The translations under genes were made by a program, and so were the position numbers. Of a DNA stretch of 64,000 nt, positions 36,431-48,262 are shown piece by piece. A model generated the notes under the pieces. It was not told where the DNA came from. It saw nothing but the letters and a program-made list of their open reading frames with translations, and made no database searches. Position 1 is the stretch's first letter. The number at the start of each line of letters is the position of its first letter. The stretch comes from Octopus sinensis (lineage: Eukaryota): positions 21,266,001 through 21,330,000 of the forward strand of contig NC_043002.1 of the NCBI RefSeq assembly GCF_006345805.1. Reading direction: 5' to 3'.

Positions 36431-36478
36431 CAAACCACCTCCAATAATTGCTACATGTTTGATATCATTGGTCTCCAT
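36431..36478 (-). CDS. KMO: Kynurenine 3-monooxygenase, first coding exon (48 nt)
   Basis: METNDIKHVAIIGGGL then donor GTAAGT. Phase 0 joins exon 2 to complete the GxGxxG FAD motif (GGGLVG). In-frame TAA 12 nt upstream of the ATG. Confidence 0.93.
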
Positions 36479-37205
36479 ATTGAATTTTTATTGATTTACC
36501 TGACACCTGGTGTCAATAAAAGTTTTCTTTCACTTTCACCTAGTTCTTATAATCTTCAAAACACCTATCTCCGTATCTATGTCTCTCTCTCTCTCTCAAT
36601 ACATATATTTATATATATTTAAATATATATATATACTGTATGTATGCTTGTGAATGTGTATGTATATCTGTGAGTGTGTGTGCAAATGTGCTTTATATAT
36701 ATATATATATATGTATGTGTATATGTGACTGTAGTTGTTTTTGCTACTGTTTTCACTTGTCTTCGATTTTATGAACTACTTTGTACATAGGGTCATTGAT
36801 TCTGGCACTTGTTATATGATGACGATGATTATAATAATAATAATAATAATAACAATAATAATAATAATAATGAGGAAGAGAAAAAAAGAATAACCGTCAC
36901 CCTCAGGTGGGATAACAAAAAAAATGAACGGAAAATCCAATCAATAGGCTGAACTTTTGCAAGTGGCCTTAAATGAGATAAAGCTGTGGGAGATTTATAC
37001 TTATATATGTATATAAACACACATGTGTGTAGGTGAGGGTGATTAGTGGAGGTAGAGTAGTAGCATTTGAGAAGCATGGTTGGTGGATACAGAATAAGAC
37101 TGTGTGTATTTATATATATATATGTGTGTGTGTGAGTTTACGTATGTGTGCGTATGTACTCTTTCATGCACATACACCCACACACACACACAAATAAGTA
37201 TAGAT

Positions 37206-37241
<36 letters not shown>

Positions 37242-37313
37242 AGAATGAGATAAATATATTTGTGTGCATATAATGTGGTCTTGTCTTTGGATGGTATATG
37301 TATGTGCCTGAGT

Positions 37314-37344
<31 letters not shown>

Positions 37345-37526
37345 AGACCATGCATATTTGCATTTTTTGTATAACCTTACACATTTTTTCTCTGTCTCAC
37401 TCTTAGCCACTCTCCCTCCCTCTCACTTCCTTTCTCTCTATATGTGAGTATATATATATATATATACATACATATATGTGTGTTTATATATATATGCATA
37501 TAGGTGCATAATTGTAAATATATACT

Positions 37527-37564
<38 letters not shown>

Positions 37565-37943
37565 TATATATGTACACACATGCACACACACACAAACTCA
37601 CACACACATAAACATACACACACACACACACACAGACACACACACACACACGCACACACAGAGAAGAGAGTGGGCATGGTTTCATAAAATTCAATGCTGT
37701 TCTGATTGGATAATGAGGCCTAAATGGCTTAAAATGACTGACATGGGGGCGGAGTCATCAGTTAGCATCATCAACATCATCATGTTTCTTCTCATCTTTC
37801 TTCTCTCCCTATTCATCTCTCTACCATTGTACCTCAGTACATGTAAGAGTGTGTAAATGTGTATAGATCTGAGTGTGCAATATTGTACATATGTGTATAT
37901 ATGTATGTATGTATGTATGTATGTGTGTTTGTGCATGTGTGCG

Positions 37944-37996
<53 letters not shown>

Positions 37997-38225
37997 TTTT
38001 TCTTTCTTTTCTTTATATTCTTTTATTTGTTTCAGTCATTTGACTGCGGCCATGCTGGAGCACCACCTTTAGTCGAGCAAATCGACCCCAGGACTTATTC
38101 TTTGTACTTATTCTATCGGTCTCACTAAGTGACGGGGATGTAAACACACGTGCATCGGTTGTCAAGCGATGTTGGTGGGGACAAACATATACATATATAT
38201 ATGTATATATATATATATATATATA

Positions 38226-40437
38226 TCATCATCATCGTTTAACGTCCGCTTTCCATGCTAGCATAGATTGGACGATTTTGACTGAGGGCTGGTAAGCCAG
38301 ATGGCTGCACCAGGCTCCAATCTTGATCTGGCAGAGTTTCTACACCTGGATGCCCTTCTGAACGCCAACCACTCCGAGAGTGTAGTGGGTGCTTTTTACG
38401 TGCCACTGGTACGGGGGCCACTCAGGTGGTACTGGCAACAATCTCGCTCGAATCTTTTACACGTGCCAGTAAGGCGACACTGGTAATGATCACGCTTGAA
38501 TGGTGCCTTTTACGTGCCACCAGCACAGAAGCCAGTTAGCCGCTCTGGCAATGATCACGCTCAGATGGTACTCTTGGCATCCAACTAGCATGGGCATGAG
38601 TGCCAGTAAGGCAGCGCTAGTAATGATCACACTCGAATGGTGCCTTTTATGTGCCACTGGTATGGAAGCCGGTTAGCTGCTCTGTCAACAATCATCACAC
38701 TCGTATGGTGCTCTAACATGAATGCCAGTCATCGAATTTGATTTTGATTTGTTTTTCACTTGCCTCAACAGGTATTCGCAAGCAGAGTTTAGTGTCCAAA
38801 GAAAGAAAAGGTATGCATAAGTGGTTATGCTCCTGGCATAGACCACAAGGTTATGATCTCATTTGGCTTTCTGGGTCTTCTCAAGCACAGCATATTTCCA
38901 AAAGTCTCGGTCACTAGTCATTTCCTTGGTGAGGCCTAAAGTTCACAGGTCATGCTTCACCACAGCATCACAGGTCTTCCTGGGTCTACCCCTTCCACAG
39001 GTTCCCTCAACCACTAGGGTGTGGCACTTTTTCACACAGCTATCTCACCCATTCTCACCACATGACCATACCAGTGCAGTCGTCTCTCTTGCACACCACA
39101 TCTGATGCTTCTTAGGTCCAACTTTTCTCTCAAGGTACTTACACTCTGTCGAGTATGCACACTGACATTACACATCCATCGGATCATACTGGCTTCATTC
39201 CTTGCGAGCTTACGCATGTCCTCTGCAGTCACAGACCATGTTTCGCTGCCATGTAGCATGGCTGTTCGTACACAAGCGTCATACAGTCTACCTTTTACTC
39301 TGAGCGAGGGGCCATTTGTCACCAGCAGAGGTAAGAGTTCTCTGAACTTTGTCCAAGCTATTATTATTCTAGCAGCTACACTTTCAGTGCACCCTCCCTC
39401 ACTACTGACTTGGTCACCTAGGTAATGGAAGCTATCAACTACTTCTAGTTTTTTTTTCCCTGGAATGTGGCGGAAGTTGTTCTCTGCACATTTTCAGTGT
39501 TTATTGCTCCCGAGCATCTGCCACATGCAAAAACTATCTTTCTAGTTAGCCTTCCTTTGATATTACTGCACCTCTTATGTGTTCATAGCTTACACTGGGT
39601 ACATCTTATAGAGTTTCTACCTACGCCTCTACTACAGATTGGACAGGGCCATCTACCTGAAGGGATTTGTGGTTTGCTTGCCTTCCTACTTATTAGGACT
39701 TTGGTTTTAGCTAGGTTGACTCTAAGGCTCTTCAATTCTTATCCTTGCTTCCACACCTGAAACTTCTCCTCTAGTTCTGATAGTGACTCAGCAATTAGAG
39801 CAAGATTATCAGCATAGAGGAGCTCCCAGTGGCATCCTGTCTTGAATTCCGTTATTGCCTGGAGGTCTATGATAAATAGGAGGTGGCTGAGGGCTGAACC
39901 TTGGTGGACCCCCTACCTCTACCCTGAATTCTTCAGTGTACTCATTGCCAACCCTCACCTTACTTACAGCGTCCCTGTACATGGCTTGCACAGCTCTCAC
40001 TAACCATTCATCTATCCCTAGTTTCCTCATTGACCACCAGATAAGGGATCGGGGGACCATGTCAAAGGCTTTCTCTATGTCAACGAAAGCCAGGTACAGG
40101 GGCTTATCTTTGGCTAGCTATTTCTCCTGCAGCTGTCTTACCAGAAATATGGCATCAGTGGTGCTTTTCCCTGGCAGGAAACCAAACTACATCTCATCCA
40201 AACTGACTCCTTCCCTAATCAGTTGGGCTATGACCCCCTCCATAACCTTCATTACTTGATCCAACAGCTTGATACCTCTGTAATTATTTGTATCTAAAGC
40301 GTCACCTTTACCTTTGTAGCAGTTGACTATTATGCTGCTACACCAGTCATTGGGTATGACTCCTTCGCGTATCACCTGGTTAACTATACGGGTGATATTT
40401 TGAGCATCTCTGCAGTAATTCCTGATGGGCCGGGGGC
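38226..40437 (-). mobile_element. RTE-clade LINE, 5'-truncated (RT domain to 3' tail)
   Basis: IPNDWCSSIIVNCYKGKGDA...NYRGIKLLD...FVDIEKAFD...LYADNL. (GAT)n tail; (TA)n on both sides. Same family as 12.8 kb. Confidence 0.92.
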
Positions 40438-40671
40438 TTTATATATATATATCATCATCATCATCGTTTATCATCCGTTTTCCATGCTAGCGTGGGTTGG
40501 ATGATATACGAAGGGCTTCTTTCAGTTTCCATCTACCAAATCCATTCACAAGGCTTTGGTCAGCCTGAATCTATAGTAGAAGACACTTGCCCAAGGTGCC
40601 ATGCAGTGGAACTGAACCCGCCACACAGCCACTCTGTGCCTATATATATATATATATCATACAGTTCTATA

Positions 40672-41548
40672 TTTGAAAGATGAGGAATTATGTACATTAT
40701 TTATATTATTTACATTTGATGGATATTTGTCCTCATCTTGTTTGTTGTTAACACAACATTTCAGCTGATGTACTCTCCAGCCTTCATCAGGTGTTCTGGG
40801 GGAATTTCAAACCTGGGTTCTCATTCCTAAGGTATTTTCCCTATGTTATTATTATCATTATTATTATTGAGTGAGAGAGCATTGCATGCCATCAAAGTGA
40901 CCCTGGGGTAAAATATACAAAGCCCGGTATACCCATCATGACTACCCATCTGGTAAGGGTACACTAGGCACATGCATCACAACCATATGTGTACGACATG
41001 GTGACCTCATATCAAGATAAACAGCACATTACCTTGCAGGTGGGGCCCAGTTAGAATTTTCTTCTGGTCGAGTAACCCATCCTGCTCAAAAGGTCCCTGA
41101 ATAAGGGTTGTTTAAGGATGTTGAACGAAACACCCATGTTTCCAGAGGTGAATTATTCAAACCCCAAAGAATCCCTCACAACACATGGCTATGATGCTCC
41201 CCCACTACTTCTGCTCGTGATCAGAGATGCACCTATCGTCAGCCACTAAGGGACATGCTCAACTGGTTAAGGTCAAACAACTGACAAGGAAATGTATGGT
41301 ATTGAGCAGAATATTTGCCGTAGCCCATCTTTTATACCAAGACAAAAGCACCCACTACACCCTCGGAGTGGTTGGCGTTAGGAAGGGCATCCATCTGTAG
41401 AAACTCTGCCAGATCAAGACTGGAGCCTGGTGCAGCCATCTGGTTGCCAGCCCTCAGTCAAAACCGTCCAACCCATGCTAGCATGGAAAACGGACGTTAA
41501 GTGATGATGATGATGATTTTAATTATCATCATCATCATCATAATCATT

Positions 41549-41579
<31 letters not shown>

Positions 41580-41667
41580 TCATTATTATTATTCAGGTCA
41601 CTGCCTGGAATCGAACTCGGAATCTGGGGGTTTGTAGCCCACGCTATTAACCTCTACACCATATGCC
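40672..41667 (-). mobile_element. Second copy of the tRNA-headed hammerhead element, split by nested insertions
   Basis: Head at about 41590-41667 (B-box GTTCGATTCC) and body at 40672-40850. The (TAA)n linker holds a TAA-tailed element (40870-41345) and an RTE 3' end (about 41346-41515). Confidence 0.72.
40750..40795 (-). ncRNA. Minimal type I hammerhead motif
   Basis: Minus strand: AACAC CUGAUGA A GGCUG-GAGAGUACAU-CAGCU GAAAU GUU GUGUU. 5-bp stem I; GUU triplet. Confidence 0.68.
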
Positions 41668-43425
41668 TTTTCAACTATTGGGTTGTATTTTTAGCAGAAA
41701 ATTTGGCACTAATAAGTAGTCTTTGGTGAAATGTAGTTGTCTCTTACTTCTGATTATTCTGTGTGTAGAGAATGGGGATGAGGTGTTTGTGGCTTTCAGA
41801 GTGTTTTCATTATTGTTTCCAATTTCAGTAGTATAATATACTGATGGTTGATACACCATTTTCTATTTGTTGGGCATCATATCAAAATATAAACTAGAGT
41901 ATAGAGAGTATACCCCTATGAAGTGACTTTTCTCATTTGTAATTCCTGAATATTTATTGCTTTTGCACTTCTATTCAATTCTTAATTAACATTACAGGAC
42001 ACTTTCATTCAAGTGGTATTCTCTAATTACTAGAATCGTTTATTCTAAGTTTCAGAATTCAAAACAATTGAACAAATTCTTCTTGTTAGCTTAAATGATG
42101 TATTTGTTTTGGTATGTTTTGAATGTTACAAAGTAAATCGCAGCTATTGGTTTGAAGTGAATGCCAGTTTCAATGCTTGCGTGAATTTAAACTATTAACA
42201 TAATATAAATAACGATATTCATTTCACAATGTTGTTGCTTCTCACAATATTCCTTTGTGAAAAGAATGTTGGTATTCCTAGTATTAATTAGGGTTTTCAA
42301 TTCATTCAGTTGGTCTGAAAATCCACAAAATAAAAGAATGATCTAACTACCATTTCTAGTTGCCATACAAATATCTATGGAAGTTGATGCTGAACCATTG
42401 TCTAGAATGTTCACATATTTGGACTTCAAAGTATGCAGTGACTGGTGTAGCACAAGTTTGGTGAGGCAACTTTTGGCCATGTTGACACCGAAGTCAAAAT
42501 AACTATTCAACAGGCTGAATATTATTCTGTCAATATTTAGTTTTTTCGCTATTTGTCCAGTGATTGTGTGTGCTTATTGATCAGAGTATTGCACTCACAA
42601 TTGCAAGAGTATAGTTTCAATTCCCAGAGGTGGGGCATTGTGTTCTTGAGCAAAATTCTTCATTTCATGTTGCTCCAGTTCACTCAGCTGTAAATAAGTA
42701 AATATGTGACAGACTGGTGTTTTGTTCAAAGAAAGTGTTGTGATCTCTCCATTGAAACTGGATAACCAGTCCTGTGAATTCTAGGATTCAAGACAATACT
42801 TACCATACATTCAGTAATTTTGTTAGGCAATTATTCAAGCCAGAATTCTATTGTTTTTAATCTATAGAATCATAGTACAAATTCTTGCTACATTGAATTG
42901 ATTTTATTCAAGCCATAAAGGCCCAACACAAAGGGGACAACACAAGGACAGACAAACATAAAAGTGGGGGAAAAAATGAATGACAAAATGGAATGAAATA
43001 TAAAACATGCGAAGATGGAATGATGGCTACTCGAACCCCACATCCCAAGTAGCCACATTTAGCTCTTTTTTGCTTTTTTAGACTAATGTTTACAGTTTTA
43101 GAGTCTCTTTTTCTTTATCTCTTTTTTGTTAAAATTCAATTTTTTTTAAAAAGAAAATTCTTACATTTTATTAATCAGTGTGTTCAAGTCACTGTGGTCA
43201 ATTACTGGAGGCAGTGAATCAATCACCACCTCCAGTCCTAATGGGTCCACATCTCACCCAAATGTCTCTCTCTCAGTTTCTGGTGATTCTCTTTATCTAT
43301 GAGAGCATGACACAACAAGAGCGTCTTCACTTACTTTATTTCCATGTGATGATTTAATAGGTTATGAAACTTGAATGTATTTTAAAATAAGTATCAGCTG
43401 AATGTCTAGAAAGTTTCTGAGTTTG

Positions 43426-43456
<31 letters not shown>

Positions 43457-44602
43457 TGTTTAACGTCCGCTTTCCATGCTAGCATGGGTTGGACAATTTG
43501 ACTAAGGACTGGCGAACCAGATGGCTGCACTAGGCTCCAATTTGACCTGGCAGAGTTTCTTCAGCTGGATGCCCTTCCTAACACCAACCACTTCGAGAGT
43601 GTAGTGGGTACTTTTACATACCACTGGCACGAGGGCCAGTCAGGTGGTACTGGCAACGGCCACGCTCAAATGGTGTTTTTTACATGTCACCTGCACAGGA
43701 GCCAGTCCAGCGGTACTGGCAACGACCTTGCTTGAATGTTTTTTCATGTGCCACCAGCACAAGTGCCAGTAAGGCGATGCTGGTAACGATCTGTGTTTCA
43801 CATTTTCGACCGGCTATAATTTCTTGTGATTTTAGGTCATTACGGTGTGGTATGTTAAGACACATTGGAATCGATGAGTATCATTTATTGGTTTGCACTT
43901 GTAAATTTTGGGGGAGACTGTAAAAGTTATTGGTTTTTGCCCTCAATGTTCATTAAACAGTGACATTCCTTGTCCATGTTAAGCCTTTTGGAGTGAGTGA
44001 ATGAATTCGATGAACTTTATCATTGTTTGTATTTGTTGATAAGTGTTAATCTTTTTTCATAATAGGTTGTATTTTATAGTAATTAGAATGTGATCTTTTT
44101 GCTGTATTCAAATTCACTAAGGGCTACAGCACAAGCAAACCAGTACCCTTACACCCATAAACATACATTTGTTTAAGCATGGAAATAGCTGCATACTTAT
44201 ACATTAGCATAGGTTTGCAGGCATGGTTATGGCATTAAGAAGCTCACTTTACTACCACATGGTTTCGGGTGAGTGAATTTGGTAGAAAGCCCATGTACAT
44301 ACATATGCATTCACACACATGCATACACACACACATGTATATATATATATTAAATGATACAGGTATGGAGACTTGCATTCAGGACTTTACGTTTCTGTGT
44401 TAACAATTCAATGATCTTTGCACGTTTTCAACTGTTGGAAACCCGGTGCACATGGCACCATCATTTATAATACCATGACCAGTACTGGTGGGCAGAAAAC
44501 AATCTCTATTGTATGAGATCGTTCGAGGGAAACAACTCTTTGGTGCTTGCCTGCAAAATCTTGGCAAACCTAATTGTGTGGTTAAGATAATTAAAAAAGA
44601 TA

Positions 44603-44852
44603 ATAAATGCACCCTTTTACAGCCTAGCCAGGCTCATGGGCCTGGTTTCCCAGTTTCTATGGCATATGTATTCCCCAGCTGGACAGGATGCCAGTCCATC
44701 ACAGCGTTACTCATTTTTGCCAGCTGAGTGGACTGGAGCAACGTGAAATGAAGTGTTTTGCTCAAGAACACAACGCGTCACCTAGTCCAGGAATCGAAAC
44801 CACAATCTTACGATCATGGTACTGACACCCTAACCACTAAGCCATGTGCCTA
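44603..44852 (-). mobile_element. tRNA-derived SINE with MIR/CORE-like centre
   Basis: Head with GGTTTCGATTCC; centre CTTGAGCAAAACACTTCATTTCACGTTGCTCCAGTCCACTCAGCTG, also seen at 30670-30990 and 42590-42720. 3' half shared with 2786-3093. Confidence 0.7.
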
Positions 44853-45349
44853 CACATTAAAATAATTTACTGATATAAATATAATGTAATAAGATAAAAT
44901 AAAATATATAAAAACACATTAGTAAATGATAAATCTATAACAATAAATTGCACAGAGTTTTAGAATAAAATGAAAAGATGAGATATTAAGATTAAAGTAG
45001 TATTATAGAGCTTAGAAGCAAAAAACTAAAATATTAGATAAAAACTTTCAGAAAACCCTTAAAAGTTAAAGAACTAATTAAAAAACTGAAAAGGAATAAA
45101 TAGATTGAATATTAACTTTAAAAGTTAACAATGACATTAAAAATGAAAAGTAATAAGGTGTTGAAAAATTCCAAAATTAAAAAGTGCAAAATATATAAAA
45201 TTGATTGAAATTAAAAATCAAAATTGAAAATAAAAATAAAATTTTAAAAATTTGAGCTTCTCACTAGTATGGAAATCTTCAACAAGGCTGTCCCCTTTAC
45301 AACAAAACTCTAGAAGCAAGCAGCTTCAAAGAAGAAATAAAATGCACTT

Positions 45350-45770
45350 TCAGTATGGGACCACCAAGAAGGGGGAACAGACACCGAAAGATAATCTTGT
45401 TCACGCCAACCCTTCTTCAAATGTTGCCACTAATGTAGGTAAAACTGTTTTGGTCTTAATAGGTAAGCATTTTCCTACCCACCATACACACAGGAAACAG
45501 ACACAGTTGTTCTACCCCCAATTTCAAAAATATAATAGCACACAGGACACACCACCTTGACAAGCCAGTTTTTCTTTCAAGAACAGAATTCTGTGCCTGC
45601 TAAATGGAGCCTGCAAGATCAAGGCCACCATATACAAAGTGTCAGTGAAAGTAATCAATACTGACAATACAATCTGCACCAAGAGACACAAAGAGCTTTC
45701 AGTTGGAAACATCAAGACAAAGTTCAATAACCATAGCACCTCCCTCAGGAATTAGAATAAGTGAAAAATC
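45350..45770 (+). mobile_element. Penelope-like element remnant (post-RT and GIY-YIG region)
   Basis: NPSSNVATNVGKTVLVLIGKHFP...CLLNGACKIKATIYKV...KFNNH. Flanked by an AT-rich module that is repeated in direct and inverted orientation. Confidence 0.55.
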
Positions 45771-46779
45771 ACAAAGTTTCAGGAATTTCTGCTTGCTCCA
45801 TTTACACTTTCAACAGGAAAATCCTTGAAGGTAAACTCTATGCAAATGGTAGCAGAAGGTGCGGGCTCTGCAACACATAATGTGGTTCATCCTGAAGCAC
45901 TCACTGAACTTTACAACATATCTAAATGCCAAAAGTGAAATCTTTGGTATCTGCACGCGCACCACCAAGTTCATTTTGAAATTTTGATCCCCCTCTCCCA
46001 GCAAGATATGCTATAGACCTGATTCTTTTTACCTGCCAGAATTGTACTTCCTTCTTTATCAATCTTTGGTATACTGGTATATTTCTAAATATTTTAAAAT
46101 GCTCTTCTATATATACTTTTATTTTTCATGTTTTTACTTTGCCTAGAGAGTATATTCTTATAGCATATATCTATATGGGCATATGCGTGTGTGTGTGTAT
46201 GCATGTGTGTGTGAGTGTGTGTGTGCGTGATTCTATGAATGTGTGTGTAAATCATACATGTGTTTGTGTGTGCACGCACATGTGTGTATTCATACCTGGG
46301 TGCTAGGTTTTAAATGTATGTGTATGTATAGGTATATCTAATTTTTGTTCACATTTTAAGTCACTTTAAGTCATATTTCATTTCATTTTAACTTCAATTT
46401 ATTTTTTATCTTTCATTTTCTATTTGTGTTTATTTTTTTTATATATATACATTTTTTATTTTTAGTATATGAAAATTACTTTTAGTTTTAAAATTTTTTA
46501 ACTTAAATTTTAAATTTCCTAGATTTTAATTTTGAAAGGAAAATTATTCTTATTTTATAATTTTATTTTTTTATATTCTATTTCAATTTTTTAATTTCAA
46601 TTTTAATTAGATTTTTTTTTCAATTTTAATTTGGCAATTTTTCAATACATTATTAGTTTTAACTTTTAGTTTTTAATTTTCAATTTCAATGTTAACTTTT
46701 CAAGAGGAAGAAACTTCCTGTGAGTGATGAAAATTAGATTGGCTATAGGAGGATGGCTGCAGATTTACCAGGGTGTCAA

Positions 46780-46948
46780 AGATTCTTTCCCATCCCAGTT
46801 ACAAAGAAACCGGATATCATAATATGGTGTGAAAGAAAGAAAGTGGTAAATGTAGTCAAGTTAACGGTTCCTCATGAAGATGACATGGATGCCACTTGGA
46901 CTCGAAAGATTGACCATTATGAAAATCTCCTTGAGGAATGTGAAAACG
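46780..46948 (+). mobile_element. RLE-type non-LTR fragment (HERO-like)
   Basis: KKPDIIIWCERKKVVNVVKLTVPHEDDMDATWTRKIDHYENLLEEC resembles PD...ELTVPWE...K..Y endonucleases. Confidence 0.65.
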
Positions 46949-47009
46949 GTAGACGGACAATTCATTGACAGACAGTTGACTGATAGACAACTTACAGACA
47001 GGACAATTG

Positions 47010-47135
47010 TGTGGTATGGTGCAGAGTTCTGTTGCCAGACATGGGGTGTTCCAACAGCCACCCTCTTGACCCAGGGCAGCACAATCTCCTCCAGGCACTT
47101 GATGTAGGCCTCAGTGTCAAGTCTGAGGCCATGTG
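47010..47135 (-). mobile_element. Tc1/mariner transposase fragment
   Basis: GLRLDTEAYIKCLEEIVLPWVKRVAVGTPHVWQQNSAPYHT, the second catalytic motif region. Confidence 0.7.
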
Positions 47136-47954
47136 AGAATTGTCTGTCGGTGAACAAATAGTCTGCACATGGTGAAAACGCAGGCTAGAAAGTGAAGCAT
47201 TTTCCAATCAAAGTCGGATGTAGGGGATTCGTCGGATAGTGTGAGGTGATTGTTGTTATCGTTAGGCCTAACTCATCATAAAGCAAATACCACCCTGAGT
47301 GATATCCTAACTATGGTGGAAAAGGCTAGCCACTGGATTTGATTAAAAAGGGACAATGAGCAATGGCTAGAAGAATATTGAACTATATCTGATAACCAGT
47401 TGATCTAGCAAGTAGGGTGGGAGCTGGTGCGCAATGATGCTGTTGAGAGGTAGGCACCAAAATGGCACGCATTCTCTCCTGATGACCCCATACACTTGCT
47501 GGCCCGGTATGTGGAGCTTTTGACTGGTAGCATTTGCATGTGTAAGCTTTTTGCAAACGTGTTGATATTCAAACTTTTGATTGAATTTCAATTTTTCAAT
47601 TCTTTAACTTTTAATGTTTTTCTGAAATTTTTATATCTAATATTTTAGTTTTTAGTTTCTATGTTTTATAATAACTATTTTAACCTAAAGTTAACACTGA
47701 AATTTAAAATGAAAAGTAATAAGGTGTTGAAAAATACCAAAATTAAAAAGTGCAAAATATATAAAATTAATTGAAATTAAAAATCAAAATTGAAAATAAA
47801 AATAAAATTTTTAAAATTTGAGCTTCTCACCAGTATAGAAGTTAATCCCATCTTTTTATTACTAAGAAGCTGTGCAATCTATTCTTTATTCTTTATAATA
47901 CTTATTTATTTACTATTATGTTTTTATATGTATTTTGTATTACTACTTTATATT

Positions 47955-48245
47955 TAGTGGTTAGGGCAGCGGATTCAGGGTTGTAGGATCGTGGTTTTAA
48001 TTTCAAGACTGGGTGTTGTGGGTGTTTATTGAATGAAAACACCTAAAGCTCCACGAGGCTCCGACAGGGGGTGGTGGTGATCCCTGCTGTACGCTTTCGC
48101 CACAACTTTCTCCCACTCTTTCTTCTGTTGGCCTGCTCACTTAGCCAGTGGAGTGGCGTCATTTGAAGGCTAAAACAATGCGAAGCGCATTGTAACCAGC
48201 GATGTGTAGCAACATCTGATAGCCTAGTCGGTCACGGTGACCACA
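47955..48245 (+). mobile_element. tRNA-derived SINE, third family
   Basis: Matches 8015-8302 along its length. Confidence 0.8.
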
Positions 48246-48262
48246 GTGATTATTTTAACCAA

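Noticed and set aside
42360-42430. Possible plus-strand exon (AIQISMEVDAEPLSRMFTYLDFK) with AG/GT ends
   Set aside because: No recognisable homology and no partner exons; such matches are expected by chance.
43345-43430. Minus-strand donor AAA|GTAAGT as a KMO 5' UTR exon
   Set aside because: A lone consensus donor cannot be distinguished from background without transcript data.
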